This document shows, piece by piece, positions 37,266 to 46,597 of a DNA stretch of 64,000 bases (the first letter of the stretch is position 1; each line of letters opens with the position of its first letter). Below the pieces are notes generated by a model. The model was given only the letters and a program-made list of their open reading frames with translations, did not search any database and was not told the DNA's origin. The DNA is taken from positions 47 through 64,046 of the forward strand of contig DVHR01000001.1 in the NCBI GenBank assembly GCA_018711925.1, written 5' to 3'. The position numbers and the translations under genes were made by a program. This stretch comes from Candidatus Coprenecus pullicola (GTDB lineage Bacteria > Bacteroidota > Bacteroidia > Bacteroidales > UBA932).

Positions 37266-38189
37266 ATGAATACTATTGCCTGTAGGGACATCGTGAAAGT
37301 GTTCGGGACTTATACGGCCCTGAACCATGTCTCCATAGAGGTTCCGAAAGGAACTATCTTCGGTCTGCTCGGGCCCAACGGGGCAGGCAAGACCACTCTA
37401 ATCAGAATCATCAACCAGATTACAGTGCCTAATTCCGGCATTGTGCTTTTCAATGACAACCCGGTAGTCCCCGATGATGTCTACCGCATCGGCTATCTTC
37501 CCGAGGAGCGCGGTCTCTATAAGAAGATGAAAGTCGGGGAGCAGGCCATGTATCTGGCCCGTCTAAAGGGACTTAGCCGTCAGCAGGCCATGACAGAACT
37601 AAAGAAGTGGTTCGTGAAGTTCGGCATCGAGAGCTGGTGGAACAAGAAAGTGGAGGAGCTGTCCAAGGGAATGGCCCAGAAAGTGCAGTTCATCACCACT
37701 GTTCTACACAGGCCGGAGCTGCTGATCCTGGACGAGCCGTTCTCAGGATTCGACCCGGTGAACGTGCAGCTTATCCGCAATGAGATCCTGCGTATGAAAG
37801 ACGAGGGCACGACCATTATCCTCTCCACTCACAATATGGCGTCCGTAGAGGAGCTTTGCGACAATATCGCCCTCATCAACAAGTCCAATCTCGTGGTCAC
37901 CGGAGGTGTGGAGCAGATCCGCCGCGACCACGGCAAGAGCCAGGTGGAAGTGCTTTACCGACCCTCCGGCGCATCAGTGGAGATGTCTGACCAACAGGTT
38001 CTCAAGCTCGTCTCGGACGGAGCACACAAGGATATCCGCAGGGCCGTATACGACGTGCCCAAAGGAACGCCTTCGGCTCAGATACTCTCGGAACTGGCCG
38101 GCAGCGGCATTGACGTGGTGTCCTACCGCGAGCTGATACCGAGCATGAACGATATATTCATCCAATTAGTAAAAGGGGAGGGCAAGTAA
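37266..38189 (+). CDS. ABC transporter ATP-binding protein (ABC-2/NatA-like)
   Basis: Walker A GPNGAGKTT, signature LSKGMAQK, Walker B LLILDEP. Confidence 0.9.
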   Translation: MNTIACRDIVKVFGTYTALNHVSIEVPKGTIFGLLGPNGAGKTTLIRIINQITVPNSGIVLFNDNPVVPDDVYRIGYLPEERGLYKKMKVGEQAMYLARLKGLSRQQAMTELKKWFVKFGIESWWNKKVEELSKGMAQKVQFITTVLHRPELLILDEPFSGFDPVNVQLIRNEILRMKDEGTTIILSTHNMASVEELCDNIALINKSNLVVTGGVEQIRRDHGKSQVEVLYRPSGASVEMSDQQVLKLVSDGAHKDIRRAVYDVPKGTPSAQILSELAGSGIDVVSYRELIPSMNDIFIQLVKGEGK

Positions 38190-38190
38190 T

Positions 38191-39543
38191 ATGGACTTCA
38201 AGAAGATAAAACTCGTACTCGGACGTGAATTCTCCATCCGCGTCAAGAAGAAATCATTTATAATCACGACCATCGTCACCCCCATACTTTTCGCGGCCCT
38301 GATGATAGTGCCATCGCTCATAATGATGGCCGACCTGGACAAGGATGTCAACAGGGTGATGGTGCTGGACGACTCAGGTGTTGTGGCCCAGGCACTGGAA
38401 AGCGGCGCGGAGATAGAGTATGTCATACCCGAGAACATAGACCTGGAGTTCGCCAAGAATCATCTGGACAGCCTGGGTGTATATGCCGTGATGTATGTCT
38501 CGCCTCTGGACACCGCCAACAACGTGACTGTGGATGCCTACGCGGTCAAGCAGATCAACGCGAAAGTGAGCGACGCTATAAAGGCCGATGTCAACGATGT
38601 CATAGAGCGCTACAAGCTCCAGCAGTACAATATCGAGAATTACGACCAGATCCAGGCGGACCTCAATCACGAACTGGATCTCAGGACCTATATCGTAGGC
38701 GAGGACGGTGGTGAGCGCGAGTCCATACTCGGAATCAGCATGGCCATCTCCTTCATCATGGGCTTCGTCATCTACATATTCGTCACGATGTTCGGCAACA
38801 TGGTCATGACCAGCGTCATCAACGAGAAGTCCAACAAGATAGTGGAGGTCATCGTCTCCTCCGTCAAGCCTTTCGACCTGATGATAGGCAAGATTCTCGG
38901 CGTGGCCAGCGTGGCCCTGACCCAGTTCTTCATCTGGGTGGTCCTGACCCTGGCCATCGTATTCGGCTTCCAGCTTGCCATGGGACCGGAACTGATGAGC
39001 GATCCCGAGGCCATGGAGCAGATGACCCAGATGGCCGGCATGGACTCTGAGCAGATAACACAGATGACTCAGGCCTCCGACAGCGAGATGGCACAGGTGT
39101 TCACGGCCCTCAAGGAGGTCAACTTCGGCCTCATCATCGGCTGCTTCCTGATATATTTCGTCCTCGGCTATCTTTTGTATGCCTCCCTTTTCGCCGCCAT
39201 CGGCTCAGCCGTGGACAACGAGGCCGACACCCAGCAGCTGGTACTGCCCGTGACCATTCCTCTTATTATCGGACTGCTGCTTATGCTTCAGACATTCCAG
39301 AATCCAGACGGTCAGTTGGCCTTCTGGGGCTCTATTATTCCATTCACCTCTCCGATGGTGATGCTGGCACGTGTGCCCTTCGAGGGCTGCGTGCAGACAT
39401 GGGAGCTGCTGCTGTCCATCGGCCTGCTGCTGGTGACTTTCCTGATTGCCGTGTATTTTTCCGGCAAGATATACCGTATCGGCATCCTGATGCACGGTAC
39501 AAAGTACTCCTGGAAGGACATCTGGAAATGGCTTAAATATTAG
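38191..39543 (+). CDS. ABC-2 family transporter permease (NatB-like)
   Basis: 450 aa with an N-terminal TM, a large extracytoplasmic loop and 5 further TM segments. The start is 1 nt after the ATPase stop. Confidence 0.8.
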   Translation: MDFKKIKLVLGREFSIRVKKKSFIITTIVTPILFAALMIVPSLIMMADLDKDVNRVMVLDDSGVVAQALESGAEIEYVIPENIDLEFAKNHLDSLGVYAVMYVSPLDTANNVTVDAYAVKQINAKVSDAIKADVNDVIERYKLQQYNIENYDQIQADLNHELDLRTYIVGEDGGERESILGISMAISFIMGFVIYIFVTMFGNMVMTSVINEKSNKIVEVIVSSVKPFDLMIGKILGVASVALTQFFIWVVLTLAIVFGFQLAMGPELMSDPEAMEQMTQMAGMDSEQITQMTQASDSEMAQVFTALKEVNFGLIIGCFLIYFVLGYLLYASLFAAIGSAVDNEADTQQLVLPVTIPLIIGLLLMLQTFQNPDGQLAFWGSIIPFTSPMVMLARVPFEGCVQTWELLLSIGLLLVTFLIAVYFSGKIYRIGILMHGTKYSWKDIWKWLKY

Positions 39544-39592
39544 TCTTGGTGTATTTTACCAACTCTGACGCAATTCTGAAATAGGTTTTGAT

Positions 39593-40336
39593 ATGCGAAA
39601 GTGCGTTATTTTAATTTTTGCAGTGCTTGTTGGCCAGATGCTGAGTGCTCAGGACTTTGAGTACAGCTGGCAGCGTGTCAGGATGGACTCCGTCTATGAG
39701 AGCGATACCGTCTATGGCGTGGACAGCATAGTCGCCGCACATCAGGAGCAGATGACTCCGCTCATGGAAGTGGTGATATATTCCTCGGAGGAGATAAAGG
39801 AAGGTAGACCCGAGAGCGCCCTGTCCAATCTGGCTGCCGACATGCTGCTATATGCCGTTTCCGACCGTCTGGACAACGGCTATCCGTCCATGTCCCTTAC
39901 CAATTTCGGCGGCATACGCAGTAATTTTCCCAAGGGAGCAGTCAGGGTGTATGACATATATTCCACTTTCCCGTTTGACAATACTGTCGTGGTTGCGGTA
40001 ATGGAAGGAGAGGACATCCGCCGTATTCTGGAGCGTTTCGCTTCCGGTAAGTTCGAAGCTTTAGGCGGGGTGGAGATAGTAGTGCGTGACGGAGAACTGG
40101 AGAAATGCCTGATAGGCGGCCGGCCGTTGGAGGATGACGCTCTGTACAATCTGGTGACCATCGATTTTCTGCTGGACGGGGGAGACCGTTTCGATATCGG
40201 AGACGACGCCGTGTCCATAGACCGTACTGGCATCGTACTGCGGGATGCCGCCGTACGGTATCTGCGTGACCTTTCCGAGTCAGGCATAGTCCTGGAGAAC
40301 AAGGGTGACGGACGTGTAACCATAGAAAAGGACTGA
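39593..40336 (+). CDS. 5'-nucleotidase C-terminal (substrate-binding) domain protein
   Basis: 247 aa with a signal peptide. Contains NFGGIRSNFPKGAVRVYDIYSTFPFDN and DFLLDGGD. Confidence 0.75.
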   Translation: MRKCVILIFAVLVGQMLSAQDFEYSWQRVRMDSVYESDTVYGVDSIVAAHQEQMTPLMEVVIYSSEEIKEGRPESALSNLAADMLLYAVSDRLDNGYPSMSLTNFGGIRSNFPKGAVRVYDIYSTFPFDNTVVVAVMEGEDIRRILERFASGKFEALGGVEIVVRDGELEKCLIGGRPLEDDALYNLVTIDFLLDGGDRFDIGDDAVSIDRTGIVLRDAAVRYLRDLSESGIVLENKGDGRVTIEKD

Positions 40337-40340
40337 CATT

Positions 40341-41186
40341 ATGAAGATAAGAAGCAAATCCATATCGGCAGCGTTCGTGCTGCTTCTGCTTGTCTCCGTT
40401 CCCGCCCTTACGGCTCAGGATCTGGTGATACTCCATACCAATGACACCCATTCCCAGATAGAGGAGATACGAGTCGGCCGTGGTGCGGGTGCAGGAGGCG
40501 TACACCGCCGCGCCGAGTATTTTCACCAGGTGATATCGCAGTATGGCCGGGACCGCGTCCTGCTGCTTGATGCCGGAGACTACAACCAGGGCACACCGTA
40601 TTTTACGGTCTTCAAGGGAGATCTGGAGATGGAACTGATGAATGCCCTCGGATACGAGGTAGTGGCCATCGGCAACCATGAGTTCGACAACGGAGTGAAC
40701 GAGTTTGCCAGACGGCTTTCAAAGGCGGAGTTCCAGACAGTCTGCGCCAACTATGACTTCTCAGGTACTGCTCTGGAGCCTTATGTAAAACCGTATACTA
40801 TCGTGTATAAGAACGGCCGCAAGATAGGCGTCTTCGGCCTGTTGGCCAACATTAAGTCGCTTGTTGCCAAACAGAACCGGGAAGGATTGGTCTATATTGA
40901 CGCTTATGAGGCCGCTCAGAGATGGGCTGACTATCTCAAGAACGAGGAGCACTGCGACCTGGTAATCGCCCTGTCACATCTGGGTTATTCGGGCTATCCC
41001 AATCAGCGCACGGATATCAATCTGGCCAGGAACACCCGCAACATAGACATCATCATCGGCGGTCACAGTCACACATTCCTGAAATCCGAAAAGATCTACC
41101 CCAATCTAGACGGTGAGGACGTGATTATCGTCCAGGCCGGAGCTCAGGGCGAATACGTCGGCCGCCTCGACATCACATTCGACTGA
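40341..41186 (+). CDS. Metallophosphoesterase (5'-nucleotidase N-terminal domain)
   Basis: 281 aa with a signal peptide. Contains HTNDTH, DAGD, GNHEFD and GGHSH motifs. Confidence 0.85.
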   Translation: MKIRSKSISAAFVLLLLVSVPALTAQDLVILHTNDTHSQIEEIRVGRGAGAGGVHRRAEYFHQVISQYGRDRVLLLDAGDYNQGTPYFTVFKGDLEMELMNALGYEVVAIGNHEFDNGVNEFARRLSKAEFQTVCANYDFSGTALEPYVKPYTIVYKNGRKIGVFGLLANIKSLVAKQNREGLVYIDAYEAAQRWADYLKNEEHCDLVIALSHLGYSGYPNQRTDINLARNTRNIDIIIGGHSHTFLKSEKIYPNLDGEDVIIVQAGAQGEYVGRLDITFD

Positions 41187-41226
41187 CCTCCTCCACCCTC
41201 CTCCCTCACCTCCCCTACCTCCCCCC
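41187..41226. repeat. 40-nt G-free polypyrimidine-rich tract (G-rich on the minus strand)
   Basis: CCTCCTCCACCCTCCTCCCTCACCTCCCCTACCTCCCCCC begins on the base after the TGA at 41184-41186. It has 0 G and 3 A. The minus strand fits G3+N1-7 x4. Confidence 0.8.
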
Positions 41227-41236
41227 ACAGAAAGAC

Positions 41237-41715
41237 TCACAGTCTCCACCCCCGGTGGGGAAAGTGCCGGGAATTTCCGCGAAAATGGTGCACTTTCCCC
41301 CGGGGCATGAGACTTCTGGGGAGGTCCAGCAGGGCCTGCTTGGGAAAGTGCCTAGTATACAGGCACTCTGAAAAAGAGCATCTGCTGGACCTGGGGTGAA
41401 ATGGCGGTTTTATGGCAAAAAGCGGGCAGTCCAGCAAATCGCCAGATTGTATGCGCCTAACAATCAGTGTGATACATTTTAGCAGCATGTTGGACATTGT
41501 AAAAGTACTAAAGTCAGCCTTTGGGGAAACGACACTTTTCCCCGTGTGAGCGTGGTGAAAATCCGGCAACGAGAAAAGACTAGCCGCCCTCGGCTCTAGA
41601 GGGAGGGACCCGCCGCGAAGCGGTGGGAGGGCCTGGTCTTTTCGACTGCTGGATTTTCATTAAAATGGGTGCAGGTGTACCGGTGTGGCTGGATTTCGGT
41701 TCACCTGCGGTGTGC
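41237..41715 (-). repeat. Right arm of the large inverted repeat (one hairpin unit, core module and structured module)
   Basis: Reverse complement of 26335-26818. It contains GGGGAAAGTG (41257) and CACTTTCCCC (41291), and the three 9-mers. Confidence 0.85.
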
Positions 41716-41845
41716 CTGTGGCGTGTGTTAATACCAGACAGGGATAGGGCGTGTCCAGGGATCAGGAGGTTACGCTGCCAGTAGGCATAGTGTATGTACA
41801 CGGCAGCAGATAAGAGGGCAGATACGCCTGAGCCGGAAGACCTGA

Positions 41846-43009
41846 CTAGGCGTAGTGTATGTCAACGACCTTGCCGATGGCCTTGAGACTGGACGCAAGA
41901 CGCTCAATCAGTTTAAGCTTCAGTGTGGTGTCTATGGGCAGCCCCTCATGAGCCTTGTTGACACCCTGGCCTACGAAGAAGGTGATGTGGGTGGCATTCT
42001 CAAGCAGCATCTGAGCCAGGAGCGAGGCTCCGTCCTGTTTTGTGAACATCTTGGGGGTCAAGTCATTGGGCGAAATGTACTTTTCAGTAAGCTCCAACAG
42101 GCGGCGCAGTGTTATCACTCCCTCGGTCGTCAGGTCTATCCCGTCGATGTGACCGATGGGCGGAATCTCCTTATCCGGAAAATCCAGGCTGGTAGAGACC
42201 TTCTTGCCCAGGTAGCGGGCCACAATCTGGGAGCTGGTACCTCCGCAGACCACTTTCTTGCTGTCGCCCTCCATGAACTTGGCCACGTAGTAGTCGTCGT
42301 TCTCCTTGTTGACCGGCGGGCCCACCATCAGGTTGACGTGCAGGGCCTCGCGCATCTTCAGGGCAGCCACCGTGGTGTCATCGCCCGGCTTGTCCATGTA
42401 CAGGTCATTGCAGGCGGCGGCCAGCAGCCAGGCCACGCAGCGGGCCGACATCTCCGGCCGGATATTGCGGTCCATATGCTCCATGATGTCCTTACGGTCC
42501 CAGCCGAAATTGAGCACACGGCCTATACCGGCGTGTATCGTACCGTCCGACATCACCAGCACGATATCCCCGTCGCACAGATTGATCTCCGAATGATACA
42601 CCCTCTTGCCCAGGACATCCAAAGGCTTGCGGTCAAAATCCACACAGTGTCCCTCATGGTAATATACTGCCTGAGGATTGTCGAATTCAAAAAGATATCC
42701 ATGACCGGAAGCATCCACGTGTATGACAGAAAATGTCGAATACGCCACCCCGCGCACCTTGCACACCGGCAAAGTCTGGATCATGGTCTCGATACAGTCC
42801 TCGATGGGAATGTTGTTGGCCACCATCGTACACAGTATCTTCGAGGAAAGCGTAGACAGAATGTTGGCCTTTACACCGCTGCCCAGGCCATCGGCCAGAA
42901 CAAGAGTAGTGTAGCCGTCCACGGTGACACTCTCCACTTTGTCTCCACAGAGCTCTTCCCCGAACTTGTTCAGGGACACATAGCCGTACTCTATAAACAA
43001 CTCTTTCAT
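41846..43009 (-). CDS. SpoIIE/PP2C-family protein phosphatase
   Basis: 387 aa. Contains CGDKVE...LADGLGSGVKANILS and VMSDGTIHAG. It lies immediately downstream of the HydS-like gene. Confidence 0.85.
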   Translation of the reverse strand: MKELFIEYGYVSLNKFGEELCGDKVESVTVDGYTTLVLADGLGSGVKANILSTLSSKILCTMVANNIPIEDCIETMIQTLPVCKVRGVAYSTFSVIHVDASGHGYLFEFDNPQAVYYHEGHCVDFDRKPLDVLGKRVYHSEINLCDGDIVLVMSDGTIHAGIGRVLNFGWDRKDIMEHMDRNIRPEMSARCVAWLLAAACNDLYMDKPGDDTTVAALKMREALHVNLMVGPPVNKENDDYYVAKFMEGDSKKVVCGGTSSQIVARYLGKKVSTSLDFPDKEIPPIGHIDGIDLTTEGVITLRRLLELTEKYISPNDLTPKMFTKQDGASLLAQMLLENATHITFFVGQGVNKAHEGLPIDTTLKLKLIERLASSLKAIGKVVDIHYA

Positions 43010-43019
43010 AGGCCGCGGA

Positions 43020-44774
43020 TTATGACTTTTCTGAGCGTTCCCTCTCCTCTTCCTCCTGCATGAGAGTCTTCTTCAGTTTCAGCAAGGCGACTTTCGTCTC
43101 GGCCGTGGTCTCACCGAGAAGCGAGGCGATCTCCTGCGCCACTCTCATCTGCTTCTTGATTACATCATCTGTAGTGGCCAAAGTCTCCATCCTCATCTTT
43201 CCGAACTTCTCGTTGTAGTGAACCTCGTCAGTGATATCCTTGAGGATGCCGAACAGGGCATGGTTCCCTTTCAGGATGCTGATGGACATCTCTATGTGGC
43301 GTTTCGTCTCAGCCACGTATATCTTCTTGCGCACGTACTGGCGGCCGGAATTCTGAGCGATAAGGAACTCGGTAGGGTTGAAAAAGTCTATGGCCGGAAG
43401 TCCCTTGAGATTGACAGCAGTAATGCCCAGCAGCTCCTTGGCCTTACTGTTGATATCCACCACATTCATATCACTGTCCAGCACCACGATGCCCTCCGGA
43501 CTGTTGTGGATGATCTCATAGGACATAGACTCGGCCCTCTCCCGCATATACGGCAGACAGATGTCTATGTCCGCATAACCGTTGAACACAGCCCAGGCCT
43601 TCTCCCTGCAGGTAGGATAACCGCAAGAGCCGCAGTTGAGCTCATCCTCCGGCTTGAATTTCCCGGTACGGTGCAATATCTCCTCTATCTGTTCCGGTGA
43701 AGGAGTCATGCTCCTGCCCTCTATCCTGGGATATGCTGCCGAGATATCGATGTCAAAAGTCCTGTCCCCGGCACGCTCACGCGGCAACACAGCACATTCT
43801 TCCCTGACATATCTCTTCACCTCGACAGCGGCACGTACCTCTTCTCCGTCATCCACCATGCTGCACGGTCCGCTCACACAGGCATTCTCGCACATGTTCA
43901 TCTCAAAGAACACCCCGGAGACCTTGTCGATATTCTCCAACGTATTCACACAGTTCTGCGGACCGTCCACCGCCACATAATCATACCCCTCCGGACGCTC
44001 TTCGAACGAATGGATGATGCCGCGGCGTATCGGATAGGACTTGCTCCTGTTGGCGACCCCGTCCCCGGTAATACCCGTGCATGAGAATGCCTCGAACTCG
44101 TCCACCGCATCCGGCAGAGGGAATGTCACGCCCCGCTCAATCATGAAACGCCGCAGGTCTTCGAAAGTCAGCACACCGCTGATAAGACCGCTTTCACGGG
44201 CTTCGCGCTTCTTCGCTATACACGGCCCGATGAAAACCACCTTGCATCCTGGAAAACGCTGCCGGAGTATCTTCGCATGGGCGATCATAGGAGAATCCAC
44301 CGGAGCCAGATACTTCAAGGCATTGGGATGATACTCCTGTATAAGACGGCACAAAGCCGGACAGGCGGAGGTAATGAAGTTGGGGAAATCCCCTGAAGCC
44401 ATGCACCTGGCATACTCCTTCGTCACCGCATTTGCCCCCACCGCCGTCTCCTCCGCATACGCGAAGCCCAGCTTGTACAGGACTGTCTCCATCTGGGCGA
44501 AATTCTTCAGGCGGAAAGACGATATGAACGAAGGCGCCACGCTGGCCACGACCTTGTCATTGTCCAGAAGCAGACTGTCCACCTCGTCCTTCTCACTGTG
44601 GACAATCTTGGCGTTCTGAGGGCATACTACTGTGCAGCGACCGCAGAGGATACACCGTTCCTTGATGATCTGTGCCTGATGGTTCTTGACTTCAATCGCC
44701 TTTACAGGACACTCTCTCAAGCATTTATAACAATCCTTGCAACGGGCTTTCTTAAACTCGAGGTACTCTTTCAT
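43020..44774 (-). CDS. Putative sensory [FeFe]-hydrogenase (HydS-like, group C) with a C-terminal PAS domain
   Basis: 584 aa with two 4Fe-4S ferredoxin motifs. H-cluster motifs: L1 = TSACP (DNA 44358-44372, Ala in place of the proton-relay Cys), L2 = GPCIAKKRE, L3 = EMNMCENACVSGPC. There is an extra CGSCGYPTC cluster motif and a PAS region (IIHNSPEGIVVLD). Confidence 0.85.
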   Translation of the reverse strand: MKEYLEFKKARCKDCYKCLRECPVKAIEVKNHQAQIIKERCILCGRCTVVCPQNAKIVHSEKDEVDSLLLDNDKVVASVAPSFISSFRLKNFAQMETVLYKLGFAYAEETAVGANAVTKEYARCMASGDFPNFITSACPALCRLIQEYHPNALKYLAPVDSPMIAHAKILRQRFPGCKVVFIGPCIAKKREARESGLISGVLTFEDLRRFMIERGVTFPLPDAVDEFEAFSCTGITGDGVANRSKSYPIRRGIIHSFEERPEGYDYVAVDGPQNCVNTLENIDKVSGVFFEMNMCENACVSGPCSMVDDGEEVRAAVEVKRYVREECAVLPRERAGDRTFDIDISAAYPRIEGRSMTPSPEQIEEILHRTGKFKPEDELNCGSCGYPTCREKAWAVFNGYADIDICLPYMRERAESMSYEIIHNSPEGIVVLDSDMNVVDINSKAKELLGITAVNLKGLPAIDFFNPTEFLIAQNSGRQYVRKKIYVAETKRHIEMSISILKGNHALFGILKDITDEVHYNEKFGKMRMETLATTDDVIKKQMRVAQEIASLLGETTAETKVALLKLKKTLMQEEEERERSEKS

Positions 44775-44796
44775 AAGTCTGGTTTATGTTGTTACA

Positions 44797-45081
44797 TCAC
44801 TTTTCAGGAGCAGGAAGTCCCAGTTTGGGATACACCTCGCTGAGGAACTTCTGCTCCACATTGTCCTTGTTGACTCCCCTTATAAACACGTCCTCGGAAC
44901 CGTCCAGAGACTCCTCGGCACGCATCACCACTCCGTCCGCGCACTGTCCGAAACAGAAACTGGCCTGAAGCTCCACCAGGTCCTCCACATCGTACTTCTT
45001 TAGGATATCCCTCATACCCTGCACCACATCGTAGGAGCCCTTCAGATGGCAGGAGCTGCCTATGCATATCTTCACTATCAT
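44797..45081 (-). CDS. Thioredoxin-like [2Fe-2S] ferredoxin
   Basis: 94 aa with Cys pattern CIGSSC...CFGQC (Cx4C...Cx3C). The start overlaps the upstream stop (ATGA). Confidence 0.65.
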   Translation of the reverse strand: MIVKICIGSSCHLKGSYDVVQGMRDILKKYDVEDLVELQASFCFGQCADGVVMRAEESLDGSEDVFIRGVNKDNVEQKFLSEVYPKLGLPAPEK

Positions 45082-46466
45082 CGCATCGCCTCCACCTCGT
45101 CAGCCGTAATAGGCAGATATTTGCCCAGACGGCGGTTGCCATTGTCCAGTATCATGTAATCCCGCTCTATCCTGAAGCCGCCGAAATCCCTGAACTTCTC
45201 TATCTCGTCGTAATTCAGGAAATCCTTGAACTTGCCGGTACTCCTCCACAAGTCTATCAACTCGGGGATAAAATAGATACCCGGCTCAATGGTCAGCACG
45301 TAACCGGGCTCCAGCTCTCTGGCCAGACGCAGGGACTTGAGACCGAACTTTGTACTTCTCGGATGACCGTCATATCCTACCCAGGCCTCTCCGAGAGCCT
45401 CCATGTCATGCACGTCAAGGCCCAGCATATGACCGAGGCCGTTGGGGAAGAACAGGGCATGGGCTCCCTCCTGCACAGCCTCGTGTACATTGCCTTTCAT
45501 AAGGCCCACACTCTTGAGATCTTCTGCCATCACCTCACATGCCCTCATATGCACATCCAGGAAAGGCACTCCGGGCCTGAGGGCCTCCACTGCGGCCGTA
45601 TGGGCGTGAAGCACTATGTCGTATATCATCCTCTGCCTATCGGTAAACCGCTTGCCTACAGGCGCGGTGGCTGATATGTCACCGGAATAGTGCATCCTGT
45701 TCTCAGCACCGGCGTTAAGAAGGAAAAGGTCGCCCTCCTGCATGATATTGCCGTACCAGTGATTGTTCAGTATCTGTCCGTCCACCGTAGCGATGACGGG
45801 AAACGCCATACCGCGGCCCTTTCTGAGCGCGATGCCGGTCACGACGGAGACCACCTCCGCCTCGGACATACCCGGATGAATCATGCTTATCATGGCGAGG
45901 TTCATGTCAGAGGAGATATTGACGGCATCCTCTATCTGCATCACCTCCTCCGGTGACTTATGGCTTCTGAGATTTATCACCGCCTTGACAAACGGTATGG
46001 AGACGCTTTCGTCGAACGCCCTTCCCGGCAGTCCGGTCAGGTTGAACATCTTCACATAGTGCCGTCCTCTGTAAGGAGGCAGGAAATGCACCATACGGCC
46101 CTTGCCCTCCGCCTTCATGAGCAGGGACCTGAGCTCGTCCATGGAGCCTGTATGCTCTACTCCTGCCTTGGAGCACAGCTCCTTTACGGGCAGGCTTCCC
46201 TTCCAGACTATATTGTCTATGGTGAGTTCGTCCGTATACACGGACACCTTGCCGTCCTCCATGTCTATCAGTGCGGCAAGGCCGGGGAAATCAAGACCGA
46301 AGAAATACAGGAACGTAGAATCCTGGCGGAAAGGATAGGGGTTGTCGGCATAGTTCATACCGGACTCGTCATTGCCAAGGAACAGCAGAAGCCCGGACTG
46401 GTGGAGCCTCCTCATCTCTTCCACGAGAGCGGCTCTCCTTTCTATATAAGTCTCTTTTGAAAACAT
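45078..46466 (-). CDS. Xaa-Pro aminopeptidase (M24B, aminopeptidase P family)
   Basis: 462 aa counted from MFSKETYIERR (the track start at 46496 is a TTG, 10 codons upstream). Contains GLGHMLGLDVHD and TIEPGIYF motifs. Confidence 0.85.
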   Translation of the reverse strand: MFSKETYIERRAALVEEMRRLHQSGLLLFLGNDESGMNYADNPYPFRQDSTFLYFFGLDFPGLAALIDMEDGKVSVYTDELTIDNIVWKGSLPVKELCSKAGVEHTGSMDELRSLLMKAEGKGRMVHFLPPYRGRHYVKMFNLTGLPGRAFDESVSIPFVKAVINLRSHKSPEEVMQIEDAVNISSDMNLAMISMIHPGMSEAEVVSVVTGIALRKGRGMAFPVIATVDGQILNNHWYGNIMQEGDLFLLNAGAENRMHYSGDISATAPVGKRFTDRQRMIYDIVLHAHTAAVEALRPGVPFLDVHMRACEVMAEDLKSVGLMKGNVHEAVQEGAHALFFPNGLGHMLGLDVHDMEALGEAWVGYDGHPRSTKFGLKSLRLARELEPGYVLTIEPGIYFIPELIDLWRSTGKFKDFLNYDEIEKFRDFGGFRIERDYMILDNGNRRLGKYLPITADEVEAMR

Positions 46467-46493
46467 GGCTAAGGTTTTATCAGGTTTTGACTT

Positions 46494-46501
46494 CAAATTT
46501 A
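46494..46501 (-). promoter_or_regulatory. Candidate -7 box TAaaTTTG for the pepP-hyd operon
   Basis: The minus strand reads TAAATTTG, 28 nt upstream of the ATG at 46466. Confidence 0.4.
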
Positions 46502-46566
46502 AACAATTTTATTCAAAAAGGCCAACAATTATTTATCTCTTCCATACTGCGAGACTTATTATCGCC

Positions 46567-46574
46567 TATATTTG
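46567..46574 (+). promoter_or_regulatory. Candidate -7 box TAtaTTTG for the DPP4 gene
   Basis: Exact TAnnTTTG match, 24 nt upstream of the ATG at 46598. Confidence 0.45.
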
Positions 46575-46597
46575 CGTCATTTTAAGAATCATTTCAT

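Noticed and set aside
41855-43063. Long ORFs lie antisense to well-supported genes. Examples: 402 aa here, 535 aa at 46856-48463, 369 aa at 4196-5305, 313 aa at 30994-31935, 292 aa at 29263-30141, 244 aa at 25522-26256 and 273 aa at 53577-54398.
   Set aside because: In each case the opposite strand carries clear catalytic motifs or lipoprotein signatures. The antisense products are low-complexity (rich in G, R, H, V, L) and have no motifs. This is typical of shadow ORFs in moderately GC-rich coding DNA.
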